Positions 1-9,148 of a DNA stretch of 43,250 nucleotides are shown in pieces (the first letter of the stretch is position 1; each line of letters begins with the position of its first letter). The notes below the pieces were generated by a model. It searched no databases. It saw nothing but the letters and a program-made list of their open reading frames with translations, and had not been told where the DNA came from. A program made the position numbers and the translations under genes. This DNA is from Bryobacterales bacterium (lineage in GTDB: Bacteria > Acidobacteriota > Terriglobia > Bryobacterales > Bryobacteraceae): NCBI GenBank assembly GCA_038215525.1, contig JBBQQS010000001.1, positions 1 to 43,250 of the forward strand, written 5' to 3'.

Positions 1-544
1 CCACCGCCGTCGTCGCGTGGCGCTTGTGCATGGAGTAAGTGTCCATAATCCACGCCATCATCCGCTCGTTGGTGCCCAGGTCCGGCGCCGGAATGTCGAT
101 TTCCGGCCCAATCATCTCGATAATCGCCGACGTGTAGCGCCGCGTCAGCCGCTCGAGCTCGCCATCGGACAGAATCGTCGGGTCGCAGATCACCCCGCCC
201 TTGGCGCCGCCGTACGGGATATTCACCACCGCACACTTCCACGTCATCCAGCTCGAGAGCGCCCGCACTTCGTCGAGACTCACATCCGGCGCAAAGCGAA
301 TGCCGCCCTTGGCCGGGCCGCGCGCAATCGAATGCTGGACTCGGTAACCGGTAAACACTTCGAGCCGCCCATCGTCCAGCATGATCGGGATCGCCACCGT
401 CACTTCGCGCGTCGGAGTCGACAGCATCTTGCGCATGCCGTCATCGATGCCGAGCAAGGTCGCCGCCTGGTTGAAACGCGTTTCCGCTGAAATCCAGGGG
501 TTCAGTTCACTCGCGGGCACCACGCTCAAAGCTTCTGCGATCAT
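1..544 (-). CDS. gdh: Glutamate dehydrogenase (Glu/Leu/Phe/Val dehydrogenase family), N-terminal part; the 3' end lies beyond the window edge
   Basis: Absent from the ORF track because it runs off the edge. The reverse-strand translation from the ATG (complement of 542-544) reads [17 protein letters not shown]...[57 protein letters not shown]... The GPxKGGIRF and PYGGAKGG (catalytic Lys) motifs are diagnostic of GDH. Confidence 0.9.
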   Translation of the reverse strand, partial: MIAEALSVVPASELNPWISAETRFNQAATLLGIDDGMRKMLSTPTREVTVAIPIMLDDGRLEVFTGYRVQHSIARGPAKGGIRFAPDVSLDEVRALSSWMTWKCAVVNIPYGGAKGGVICDPTILSDGELERLTRRYTSAIIEMIGPEIDIPAPDLGTNERMMAWIMDTYSMHKRHATTAV

Positions 545-565
545 GGAGATTACCTCATCATCATT

Positions 566-1300
566 ATGTCATCGAGACCCGAATCCTTTACCCGTCGTGC
601 CACGCTCGCCGGATTCCTGCCCTTCTGGCCCTTCCGTTCGCGCCACCACAAGATCGCCGGCATCAAATTCGACATCATCCGCCACGGCCGCAGCACCCAC
701 CGTTACTTCCACGTCCACGGCAACGAAACTACCGCTCGCGAGTTGCTGCACGACCACATGAAGAAGTTCAAGGGCACCGGCTTCACCGTCCAAAGCCTCG
801 AGCGCCAAGTGCCCGTCGGCGCCCTCTCCATTGACCCGAATCGCATGTTCTCCCGCGAAGGCGCTGGCCGCAATCTCCGCCGTGTCAACCCCGGCCTCTC
901 CGAAGCCGCCCTCCAAAACGCCCTCATCTATCTGGAGCGCAACCGCCGCAAATTCGTCAAAGGCATCCTGCCTCCCGCAGGCGGACTCCTCATCGCCCTC
1001 CACAACAACGGCCCCGGCTATTCCGTCCACACCGAAGTCCCCATCTCCGACCAAGTCTCGCTCGCCGACCCCGAAAACCCTCGCGAATTCATGCTCGCCG
1101 TCAACCGCACCGACTTCGACATTCTGAAGACCTCGCCCTTCAACGTCGTCCTGCAGGACAAAGCCCCGCCCGACGACGATGGCTCGCTCTCCCGCCTCTG
1201 CACGGTGATGGGCGTCCGCTACGTCAACATCGAAGCCCGCCTCGGCAACCTCGAAGGCCAACGCCGCATGCTCGAATTTATCGAAGCCAAACTCCCTTAG
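566..1300 (+). CDS. Exported hypothetical protein with a Tat-like signal; the HGNE motif weakly recalls M14/AstE-AspA-type zinc hydrolases
   Basis: 244-aa ORF. The N-terminus [14 protein letters not shown] looks like a twin-arginine signal. Motifs HVHGNETTA and IALHNNGPG are present. Function cannot be assigned by eye. Confidence 0.6.
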   Translation: MSSRPESFTRRATLAGFLPFWPFRSRHHKIAGIKFDIIRHGRSTHRYFHVHGNETTARELLHDHMKKFKGTGFTVQSLERQVPVGALSIDPNRMFSREGAGRNLRRVNPGLSEAALQNALIYLERNRRKFVKGILPPAGGLLIALHNNGPGYSVHTEVPISDQVSLADPENPREFMLAVNRTDFDILKTSPFNVVLQDKAPPDDDGSLSRLCTVMGVRYVNIEARLGNLEGQRRMLEFIEAKLP

Positions 1301-1360
1301 CCCTCCCGAGTGTGGGACCGGCGTCTTCGCCGGTCGGAAGAAACCTGATACTTTAGCCAG

Positions 1361-2305
1361 ATGCGTTTCTTGCCCCTCGCTCTTTCCCTCTGCCTCGCCC
1401 AGGCGGCCACGATCCAGGTCCTCGGCAAAGATGGCCAACTCCGCGAAGTCACCACCAACTTGAAGGCCATCAAGGTCGACGCCCGCTCCATCCCCCTGGC
1501 CCAGATTCTCTCCATCCACTCCGCCGAACCAGCTAGCCCCGGCGAGCAGGCCCGCATCGAAAAAGCCTTACCCCTGCTGATCGCCGCCGGTCAAAAGACC
1601 AGCGCCCAAAACACCAGTGACCGGGCCCAACGCGACGCCGCCACCGCTGACCTGGTCTCCATTGGACTGCCCGTCCTAACGCCGCTCCTGCTTACCTACA
1701 AAGACACCGACCAGCACGAGCCTAAGCCCCTTTACCGCCTCTTCGAACGCATCATCCCCAGCCACGCCGACGGGCCTGACCGTACACTCAGCCTCATCCG
1801 CCTCACTAACGGCGAGAGCCTCCGCGGCAAGGTAGAAGCCTTCAGCGACGGGCCCCTCAACTGGGCCGAGATCCGCCGCCTGGCCGTCAAACAGAAGCAA
1901 GTCACCCGCCAAGTGGACGTCCACTCGCTCTTTCACTGCACGAAGATCGAGTTCTTCGATACCGGCATCGGCCTCGCCGAAGGCTCCAAGCTCGATTCCA
2001 AAGCCACCGGCTTCACCCGCCTCTCCTGGGAAACCGACGGCTGGGCCACCGACCCCAACGGCCTGCAAAAGCCCGGCCCCAACTACAAGACGAACCTCGT
2101 CGACGGCCAACCCTTCGGTGCCCTAGTCGGACGCGTCAATAGTGGCGAGAACTTCCTGCTGGGCAAGATGGCCCTGAAACAAGGCCTGGGCATTGGCCGA
2201 CTGATGCTCGCCGTCAACGACAACGCCCACTGGCAAAACAACCTCGGCCACTACCGCGTCCGCCTCACCGCCACCGACGCCTACGACCTGGGCGATCCCC
2301 AATAA
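1361..2305 (+). CDS. Secreted hypothetical protein with a C-terminal PA-IL/LecA-like (lectin-fold) domain
   Basis: Sec signal peptide MRFLPLALSLCLAQAAT. The C-terminus GWATDPNG...PFGALVGRVNSGENFLLG...GRLMLAVNDNAHWQNNLGHYRVRL follows the pattern of PA-IL (GWASYGP...FCGALVMKIG...ITLIYND...NNSGSFSV), which I recalled from memory. Confidence 0.6.
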   Translation: MRFLPLALSLCLAQAATIQVLGKDGQLREVTTNLKAIKVDARSIPLAQILSIHSAEPASPGEQARIEKALPLLIAAGQKTSAQNTSDRAQRDAATADLVSIGLPVLTPLLLTYKDTDQHEPKPLYRLFERIIPSHADGPDRTLSLIRLTNGESLRGKVEAFSDGPLNWAEIRRLAVKQKQVTRQVDVHSLFHCTKIEFFDTGIGLAEGSKLDSKATGFTRLSWETDGWATDPNGLQKPGPNYKTNLVDGQPFGALVGRVNSGENFLLGKMALKQGLGIGRLMLAVNDNAHWQNNLGHYRVRLTATDAYDLGDPQ

Positions 2306-2330
2306 CCCCTGCCTCCTCTGGCCTCCCTAG

Positions 2331-2351
2331 CCCCGACCGTGAGGTCGGGGG
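2331..2351 (+). terminator. GC-rich hairpin downstream of the 1361-2305 gene (CCCCGACC-GTGA-GGTCGGGG); candidate terminator or REP-like palindrome
   Basis: Perfect 8-bp stem and 4-nt loop, 26 nt after the stop codon, followed by GTTCCTTCTC. A near-identical palindrome recurs at 2467-2486. Confidence 0.4.
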
Positions 2352-2410
2352 TTCCTTCTCAAGTTGTTCAATTCGTGATTACGGGACCGCCGCAAATTGC
2401 TCGGGCCTCG

Positions 2411-2435
2411 ATTGTGCGACAAGCTGTTGCACAAT
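2411..2435. promoter_or_regulatory. Inverted repeat ATTGTGCGACA-AGC-TGTTGCACAAT upstream of fdnG; candidate operator
   Basis: 11-nt arms with one mismatch, about 75 nt upstream of the fdnG start. The TGTGC...GCACA half-sites look like dimeric-regulator sites. No regulator can be assigned. Confidence 0.3.
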
Positions 2436-2510
2436 TCCGCTGGGCCAGTCGAGCATCGGCCCAAACCCCCGACCTTACGGTCAGGGCTAGGAGTATGATC
2501 TACTCGTACC

Positions 2511-5500
2511 GTGATCACTAGGCGCGACTTCGGCACCACCAGCGCCGTGGCCCTCACCACGGCCTTTGGCTTCTCGCTCGCCCCGGCCCAGGCCGCGGTG
2601 CGCGAACTGAAAATCTCCCGCACCACCCAATCCCGCAGCGTCTGCCCTTATTGCGCCGTCGGCTGCAGCGTCATCGTCCATTCGCTCGGCGACAAAGCCC
2701 GCAACGTCCGCTCCTCCGTCGTCCACATCGAAGGCGATACCGACTCACCCGTCAACCGCGGCACCCTCTGCTCCAAGGGCATCTCGCTCAAGCAATTCGT
2801 CAATTCTGACCGTCGCCTTACCAAGCCACTCTACCGCGCGCCCGGCGCCAAACAGTGGCAGGCCATCTCCTGGGATCAGGCCTTTGAGAAGATGGCGCGC
2901 CGCATCAAAGACTCGCGCGACCGCGGCTTCCTCGAGCAAGACGACCAGGGCCGCACCGTCAATCGCCTCGAAAACATCGTCATGATGGGCGGCTGCACCG
3001 ACACCAACGAAATCAATTACTTGATCTCCAAGTTCCGCTTCGGCCTCGGCCTGTTGCCCTACGAGAACCAAAGCCGGCTTTGACACGGTCCCACGGTGGC
3101 CAGTTTGGCCGCCACCTTCGGACGCGGCGCCATGACCAACGGCTGGACCGACGTCGCCAATGCCGACGTCATCCTCGTCATGGGCGGCAACCCCGCCGAA
3201 AATCACCCCGTCGGCTTCCGCTTTGTGATGGAAGCGCGCCTCAAGCGCAAAGCCAAGCTCGTCTGCGTCGACCCCCGCTTCACCCGCACCGCCGCCGTCG
3301 CCGACTATTACGTCCCCATCCGCTCCGGCAGCGACATCGCCTTCCTCGGCGGCCTCATCCACCGCGCTGTCTCCACCGGCAAGTACCAAGCCAACTACGT
3401 TCGCGAACACACTAACGCTGGCTTCCTCATTCAAGAGGGCTTCGGCTTCGAAGGCGGCCACTTCACCGGTTGGAACGCCGAGAAGAAGGCCTACGACAAG
3501 TCCACGTGGCAGTATGAGATGGGCCCCGATGGCTTCGCCAAAGTCGACCCTACGCTCGAACATCCCCGCTGCGTCTTCCAACTCATGCGCCAGCACTATG
3601 CGCGCTACACGCCGGAAAAGGTCTCCGAAATTTGCGGCTGCACGGTAGTGGAATTCGAACGCGCCGCTGACATGATCCTGGTCGCGCACGCCGAGAATAA
3701 GAGCGGCACCGTACTCTATGCTTTGGGTTGGACGCAGCACTCCCACGCCGTCCAACTCATCCACGCCGCCGCCATGGTCCAGTTACTCATGGGCAACATC
3801 GGCATGCCCGGCGGCGGAGTCAACGCCCAACGCGGCCACGCCAATATCCAAGGCTCCACCGACATGGGTGCCTGGAATATGCTCCCCGGCTATCTAAAAA
3901 TCCCGCGCGCTAACTGGACCTCGCTCGACGAATATCTGAAGGCCAACACTCCCAAGGCACTAAGACCCAATTCCATGAACTACTGGGGCAACACGCCTAA
4001 GTTCATGACCAGTTTATTGAAGGCTTACTACGGCGCCGATGCGACGCCGGAAAATCAATATGGCTATCAGTGGCTGCCGAAAATTGCCGAAGCAGCCAAT
4101 CATAGCTGGGCTTACTTCTTTGACGGCATGACCGAAGGCAAAGTGGAGGGCCTCATCAGTTGGGGCATGAACCCGGTCGCCAACGGCCCCAATACTAAGA
4201 AGATGCTGATGGGCTTATCCAAGCTCAAGTGGATGATCGTCGCCGAGGTCTTTGAAACCGAAACCGCCGGCTTCTGGAAGGCCAAAGAGTTAGCCGAAAA
4301 GTATTATCCCCAAGCCGGGGACGCCGCCAGTATCGAAACCGAAGTCTTCTTACTCCCCGCCTCTTGCTTTGCCGAAAAGGACGGGGCCTTCGTGAATTCT
4401 TCCCGCTGGTTACAATGGAAAGAAACCAATATCGAGCCCCCCGGCGACGCCAAGCGCGACCAGGAGATTATGTCGCGCCTCTTCCTCAAAGTCCGCGAAC
4501 TCTACGAGCAAGAAGGCGGTAGGTCCCCTGAGCCCCTCACTAAAATGAAGTGGGACTATGCCACGCCGCACTCGCCATCGCTCACCGAAGTCACCCGCGA
4601 GATCAGCGGCCGCGACCTCACTACCGGCAAACAACTCAATGGCTTCGGCGAACTCAAAGACGATGGCAGCACCGTCTCCGGCTGCTGGATTTACTCGGGC
4701 TCCTACACCGAAGCCGGCAACCAGATGGCCCGCAAAGGTCAGGAAGACCCCACCGGCCTGGGCCTTTATCCCAATTACTCCTGGAGTTGGCCCGCCAACC
4801 GCCGTATTCTTTATAACCGCGCTTCGCTCAGCACCGCCGGCAAACCCTGGGACGAAACCCGCGCCCCGTTGCGCTGGGATGGCCAACGCTGGAAGGGCGA
4901 CATCCCCGATTACAAGTCCGACGCCAAGCCCGAACAATACGGCTCTTTTACGATGCTCCCCGAAGGCGTTGCCCGGCTCTTTGCGCCGGAGTTAGTTGAG
5001 GGTCCTTTCCCGGAGCACTACGAGCCCGCCGAATCGCCGGTTGAGAATTCCCTTCATCCCTTAGTCAGCTTCAACCCCGCCGCCTGGGTCATCCAAGGCC
5101 TCGGCGATCAACTCGGCACTGCCAAGGATTATCCTTATGTCGGCATCTCCTATCGCCTCACCGAACACTTTCATTACTGGACTAAGAACGTATCCGCCAG
5201 CAGCCAATTACAAAGTAACTTCTTCGTTGAATTACCCGAGGCTTTGGCCAAAGAGAAAGGCATTGTAAGCGGCGACTTAGTGCGAGTTACTTCGGCCCGC
5301 GGCAAAGTAGAAGGCCCCGCCTTAGTCACCAAGCGTCTGCGCCCGCTTCAGATCTCCGGCCGCACCGTCTATCACGTCGGCCTGCCCATCCATTGGGGCT
5401 TCATCGGCCGCATCAACGGCCCGCTGATCAACAACCTCACCGCCTCCGTCTACGACCCCAACTCCGGCACCCCCGAGTATAAAGGCTTCCTTGTGAACCT

Positions 5501-5513
5501 GGAGAAGCTATGA
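2511..5513 (+). CDS. fdnG: Formate dehydrogenase-N/O type catalytic alpha subunit, molybdopterin enzyme, Tat-exported, selenocysteine-containing (TGA at 3081-3083 read as Sec)
   Basis: ORFs 2511-3083 and 3096-5513 are in the same frame (offset 585 nt). Read-through gives ...YENQSRL-U-HGPTVASLAATFGRGAMTNGW, which matches the E. coli FdnG Sec region RVUHGPTVASLAPTFGRGAMTNHW. Tat signal MITRRDFGTTSAVALTTAFGFSLAPAQA. N-terminal 4Fe-4S motif CPYCAVGCS...C. Total 1000 aa, against about 1015 aa for E. coli FdnG. Confidence 0.95.
3084..3113 (+). other. SECIS-like hairpin immediately 3' of the Sec UGA
   Basis: GGUGGCC-AGUUU-GGCCGCC (3095-3113) forms a 7-bp stem including one U-G wobble. It starts 11 nt after the UGA, and the apical loop contains GU, as in bacterial SECIS elements. 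Confidence 0.6.
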
Positions 5514-6310
5514 CCCAAACCGTCGTCAAACTCATCGACACCACCCTCTGCATCGGCTGCAAGGCCTGCGAAGTCGCCTGCCAGGAATGGAGCGACCAGG
5601 AGTTCACCCTCGGCACCTTCGGCGGCACCTACCAAACCATGCCGGACCTCGCCCCCAACTTCTGGAACCTCATCAAGTTCAACGAGCGCGAAGTCGACGG
5701 CGGCATCTCCTGGCTCATGTCCAAGTACCAGTGCATGCACTGTGCCGACCCCGGATGCCTCCGCGCCTGCCCCGCCCCCGGCGCCATCGTCCAGGCCAAA
5801 AACGGCATCGTCGACTTTGTCTCCGACAACTGCATCGGCTGCGGCTACTGCATCACCGGCTGCCCCTTCGACGTGCCGCGCCTCTCGCCCGAATCGAAGA
5901 AGGTCTACAAGTGCACCCTCTGTTCAGACCGTGTCGCCGTCGGCCTCGAGCCCGCCTGCATCAAGAGCTGCCCGACGAACTGCCTCACCTTCGGCGAACG
6001 CACCGAAATGCTCCGCGTCGCTGACCAGCGGGCCAATGTCCTGAAGGAAGACGGCCACGCCCAAGCCGGTGTCTATAATCCAGCCGGTGTCGGTGGCACC
6101 AACGTCCTCTACGTCTTGAAAGACGCCTCCGACCCCACCGCCTACGGCCTCCCCAAGGACCCGACGATCCCGCTCAGCGTCATCCTCTGGAAAGGACCCA
6201 TCAAATGGCTCGGCACCTTCCTCTTCGCCGGCGGCATCCTGGGAGCCTTCTTCCACTACCTCAAATTCGGCCCCAAGCACGAGGAGGCCCCCGATGATGA
6301 ACCGCTATGA
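5510..6310 (+). CDS. fdnH: Formate dehydrogenase iron-sulfur beta subunit (4x 4Fe-4S, C-terminal TM anchor)
   Basis: ATGA start/stop overlap with fdnG. Cys clusters CIGCKACEVAC, CMHCADPGCLRAC, CIGCGYCITGC and CTLCSDR...C. Hydrophobic helix WLGTFLFAGGILGAFFHY near the C-terminus. Confidence 0.92.
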   Translation: MTQTVVKLIDTTLCIGCKACEVACQEWSDQEFTLGTFGGTYQTMPDLAPNFWNLIKFNEREVDGGISWLMSKYQCMHCADPGCLRACPAPGAIVQAKNGIVDFVSDNCIGCGYCITGCPFDVPRLSPESKKVYKCTLCSDRVAVGLEPACIKSCPTNCLTFGERTEMLRVADQRANVLKEDGHAQAGVYNPAGVGGTNVLYVLKDASDPTAYGLPKDPTIPLSVILWKGPIKWLGTFLFAGGILGAFFHYLKFGPKHEEAPDDEPL

Positions 6311-6899
6311 CTTCGCCGAGCGCGCTATCCACTGGCTTTCCGCCCTCAGCTTCGCCTATGCCACGTTTACCGGGCTAGCCCTCTGGTCGCACAAGCTCTA
6401 CTGGCTCGCCGCCGTCTTCGGAGGCGGCAACGCCACTCGCTTCGCCCACCCCTGGGCCGGAATCGGTTTCGCCCTGGCGCTCGGCTTCATGTTCCGCCGC
6501 TGGGCTGGCCAAATGCGGCTCGACCGTGACGACCAAATCTGGCTCCGCAAATCCACCCAATACGCCATGAACCAGGACGAAGGCCTCCCCGAAGCCGGGC
6601 GCTTCAATGCCGGACAGAAGATGCTCTTCTGGCTCCAGTCCTTGGCTTCGTTTGGTCTGCTCGCCACCGGCCTCGTCCTCTGGTTCCCAGAGTGGATGCC
6701 TCGCGCCCTGCGACTCTGGGCCATCTCACTGCACCCCTTCATCGCGATATTAGCCATCTCTCTCATCATCTTGCATGTCTATATGGGAACCGCAGCCATT
6801 CCTGGGGCATTTCGAGCAATGATCCAGGGAAGTGTCACTCATGGTTGGGCCAAGGCGCATCACCCAAAGTGGCTCAAACAGAAATCTCTTGCCAAATAA
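6294..6899 (+). CDS. fdnI: Formate dehydrogenase cytochrome b556 gamma subunit
   Basis: 201 aa with four predicted TM helices and conserved His residues (AIHWL, HPW, SLHPF, LHVYMG). Overlaps the fdnH end by 17 nt. The position is canonical after fdnH. Confidence 0.85.
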   Translation: MMNRYDFAERAIHWLSALSFAYATFTGLALWSHKLYWLAAVFGGGNATRFAHPWAGIGFALALGFMFRRWAGQMRLDRDDQIWLRKSTQYAMNQDEGLPEAGRFNAGQKMLFWLQSLASFGLLATGLVLWFPEWMPRALRLWAISLHPFIAILAISLIILHVYMGTAAIPGAFRAMIQGSVTHGWAKAHHPKWLKQKSLAK

Positions 6900-6923
6900 A
6901 CGAATCCATGGCATAAAATACCT

Positions 6924-7169
6924 ATGGGTGCTACCGGAACAGCGATGGTCGATACCGCCGGGAGAGTTGTCATACCCTCCAGAATGCGGCAGGAGATGGG
7001 GATCGAGAGCGGCTCGGAGTTAGTCATGGCCCTCGAGAATGGCGTGTTAACGCTGGTCTCGAAGAAGTCCGCACGGCAGGCGGCGCGGGCGGCGGTAAGA
7101 AAACTGGTTCCTGCCGGGGTCTCCCTTAGCGAACAGCTCCTGGTGGAACGGCGGCAGGATGGCGATTAA
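6924..7169 (+). CDS. vapB: AbrB/SpoVT-fold antitoxin (VapB-type)
   Basis: 81 aa. The sequence VDTAGRVVIPSRMRQEMGIESGSELVMALENGVLTL is a typical SpoVT/AbrB swapped-hairpin domain. Overlaps the following PIN gene by 11 nt. The start could instead be at 6945. Confidence 0.8.
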   Translation: MGATGTAMVDTAGRVVIPSRMRQEMGIESGSELVMALENGVLTLVSKKSARQAARAAVRKLVPAGVSLSEQLLVERRQDGD

Positions 7170-7548
7170 GTGGCTGCTTGACGCTTCGGCCGTCCTGGCC
7201 TGGCTCCAGGAGGAGCGCGGGTCGGAGGTGGTAGATGAGGTGATGGACGAGAGCGCCATCGCCAGCATCAACGCGGCCGAGGTGATCCACAAGCTGGTTG
7301 GCCAAGGCGCGACGCCGGAGCATGCCATCGAAATCGTTGACCGCATGGCGATCCCCATAATCGAATTCTCCTCCGAACATCTGCGCGGCATGGCCAAGCT
7401 CTCAGGCGTTAAAGGCCTTTCGCTCGGCGACCGGGCTTGTCTTGCCATCGCCCAAAAGCTGGACGTCCCGGCCGTCACTTCAGACCAGGTTTGGGCGACG
7501 CTCAGTCCCAAAGTCCGGCTGATTCGCGAAGCCGCCAGCCATGGTTGA
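7159..7548 (+). CDS. vapC: PIN-domain ribonuclease toxin (VapC-type)
   Basis: 129 aa. WLLDASAVLAWL (first acidic residue), INAAEV, and SLGDRACLAIAQKLDVPAVTSD (C-terminal acidic residues) match the PIN pattern. Paired with the upstream AbrB antitoxin. Confidence 0.85.
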   Translation: MAIKWLLDASAVLAWLQEERGSEVVDEVMDESAIASINAAEVIHKLVGQGATPEHAIEIVDRMAIPIIEFSSEHLRGMAKLSGVKGLSLGDRACLAIAQKLDVPAVTSDQVWATLSPKVRLIREAASHG

Positions 7549-8176
7549 GGCGCGGGCCCGGGCACTGGCCGAGCGGTACCCGGCATCCAAAGAAGTCCTC
7601 GAATACTACGTGCGATTGGCAGCATTCTCGGGCGAGGTGCACGATCTGCCGGCACTCGCCAAACAAGCCCCGGCCCCTTTGAGACAAGCCGTCAAGGGCT
7701 TCGATGCCAAGGACGCCACGACGGCTTACCTCGAGGGCGAGACCAAGACCCCCCGTAGCTTATTTGCGCGGCTGCTGCTGCGTCAAGCCTTGCCGGAGCC
7801 GCCCAAATCGCCTTTGCCGAATCAGTGCCCGAAGTGCGGCCAGGCTCCGCTATGCGGTGTGCTCGACACCGAAGGCGACGGGACGGCGCTCTCGCTGGTC
7901 TGTTCGCTCTGCCTGCACGAGTGGGGCTTTCGCCGCGGACGCTGCCCGTCGTGTGCCAACGACGACCCGGAGCAGGTCTACTGCTACCACGCCGAAGAGA
8001 TCCCGCAGGTGGAAACCCAGGTCTGCGACGCCTGCCAGCGCTATATGCACCTGGTCCGGCGGGACCGGGAGCCACAGGCGATTCCGGAACTTGATGAGCT
8101 GGTCGCCTTGCCGCTCGACGTGATGTGCCTCGACTACGGCTTCGTCAAAATCCACCCCAACCTCGCCGGCGTTTGA
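7541..8176 (+). CDS. fdhE: Formate dehydrogenase accessory/maturation protein FdhE
   Basis: Four CxxC pairs: CPKCGQ, CSLCLHEW, CPSCAN and CDACQRYMH, in the rubredoxin-like arrangement of FdhE. At 211 aa it is shorter than E. coli FdhE. Its start overlaps the vapC stop by 8 nt. Confidence 0.85.
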   Translation: MVEARARALAERYPASKEVLEYYVRLAAFSGEVHDLPALAKQAPAPLRQAVKGFDAKDATTAYLEGETKTPRSLFARLLLRQALPEPPKSPLPNQCPKCGQAPLCGVLDTEGDGTALSLVCSLCLHEWGFRRGRCPSCANDDPEQVYCYHAEEIPQVETQVCDACQRYMHLVRRDREPQAIPELDELVALPLDVMCLDYGFVKIHPNLAGV

Positions 8177-8200
8177 CGAACCCAGTACACTGGGAAGCTG

Positions 8201-8872
8201 GTGGAACTTCAGAAACAACTTGAGAAAATGCAGGCCGACTGGGATGCCCGGGCCAAAGAGAACGCGCGCTACTACGTGCAGACGGCCCAGGAAAACTGGA
8301 GCGACGAAGACTTCTTCGCTTCCGGCGAGCAGACCGTCCGGGAGGAGATCCTCACGGACATGATTAATATTTGCCAAGGTAAGCCGCCCAAGGAAATGCG
8401 CGTCCTCGAAATCGGCTGCGGCGCCGGGCGAGTTACCCGGGCTTTGGCCAACATCTTCGGCGAAGTCCACGCCGTCGACGTTTCGGGCGAGATGATCCGC
8501 ATGGCGCAGAGTGCACTTACTAGTCATCCGAACGCCCATGTCTATCAGAACAACGGCATGGATCTGGCGGTGTTAACCGAGGACCATTCTTTCGACTTTG
8601 CCTTCTCCAGCATCGTCTTTCAACATATCCCCAGCCGGGAAGTGATCGAAAACTATGTCCGCGAAGTAGGCCGTTTACTGAGGCCGGGCGCGTTGTTCAA
8701 GTTCCAGGTACAAGGCGATGCGTCGTTAGAAACCCACCCGGACGATACCTGGTTGGGCGTGCCTTTCTCCGACGAGCAGGCCGTCGAAATGGGCGAACGC
8801 TGTGGCTTTGAACCGCGTCATCGGCACGGTGCCGGCGAACAATACTTCTGGCTATGGTTCTTTAAGCGCTAG
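8201..8872 (+). CDS. Class I SAM-dependent methyltransferase
   Basis: Motif I VLEIGCGAGRVTRALA. Acidic post-I residue in VHAVDVSGEM. Motif-like FDFAFSSIVFQH. GTG start at 8201, with an alternative ATG at 8228. Confidence 0.8.
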   Translation: MELQKQLEKMQADWDARAKENARYYVQTAQENWSDEDFFASGEQTVREEILTDMINICQGKPPKEMRVLEIGCGAGRVTRALANIFGEVHAVDVSGEMIRMAQSALTSHPNAHVYQNNGMDLAVLTEDHSFDFAFSSIVFQHIPSREVIENYVREVGRLLRPGALFKFQVQGDASLETHPDDTWLGVPFSDEQAVEMGERCGFEPRHRHGAGEQYFWLWFFKR

Positions 8873-9089
8873 CTTGCGGCTTCGCTTTCCGGCGCTCTTC
8901 CCAATATTGGCGCATGCGGTTCGACACTTCGGCCCGCTCCGCTTCGGACATACCCTTGCGTCCCCGTTGCTTTTGACGGCGTACGGGGGCGTCGCCCCGA
9001 TGTTTTTCCATTTGCTCCAGTTGCAGAATGATCCCGCTGATGCGGTCGCGTTCGTCAACTAAGTCGCGGATGGCTTTTTCTAGGTCCAT
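8862..9089 (-). CDS. Small basic coiled-coil hypothetical protein
   Basis: 75-aa ORF with plausible composition (MDLEKAIRDLVDERDRISGIILQLEQ..RRQKQRGRKGMSEAERAEVSNRMRQYWEERRK). The convergent 11-nt overlap with the methyltransferase end is acceptable. No recognisable family. Confidence 0.5.
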   Translation of the reverse strand: MDLEKAIRDLVDERDRISGIILQLEQMEKHRGDAPVRRQKQRGRKGMSEAERAEVSNRMRQYWEERRKAKPQASA

Positions 9090-9148
9090 TACACATCCCC
9101 AGACCTACTACCATACCTGAATTGTTAATGAAATAGAATATTAAGCGT

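Noticed and set aside
569-1519. 316-aa ORF on the minus strand, antisense to the genes at 566-1300 and 1361-2305
   Set aside because: This is a typical high-GC shadow ORF. Its composition is Gly/Ala/Asp/Glu/Val-rich, mirroring the codons of the sense gene. It has no motifs, and the opposite strand has better-supported genes with signal peptides.
2745-3764. 339-aa ORF antisense to fdnG, plus other overlapping ORFs at 3080-3415, 4410-4937 and 4558-4995
   Set aside because: The fdnG frame shows near-identity to known FdnG motifs. The overlapping frames are low-complexity (Arg/Pro/Ala/Gly) shadow ORFs.
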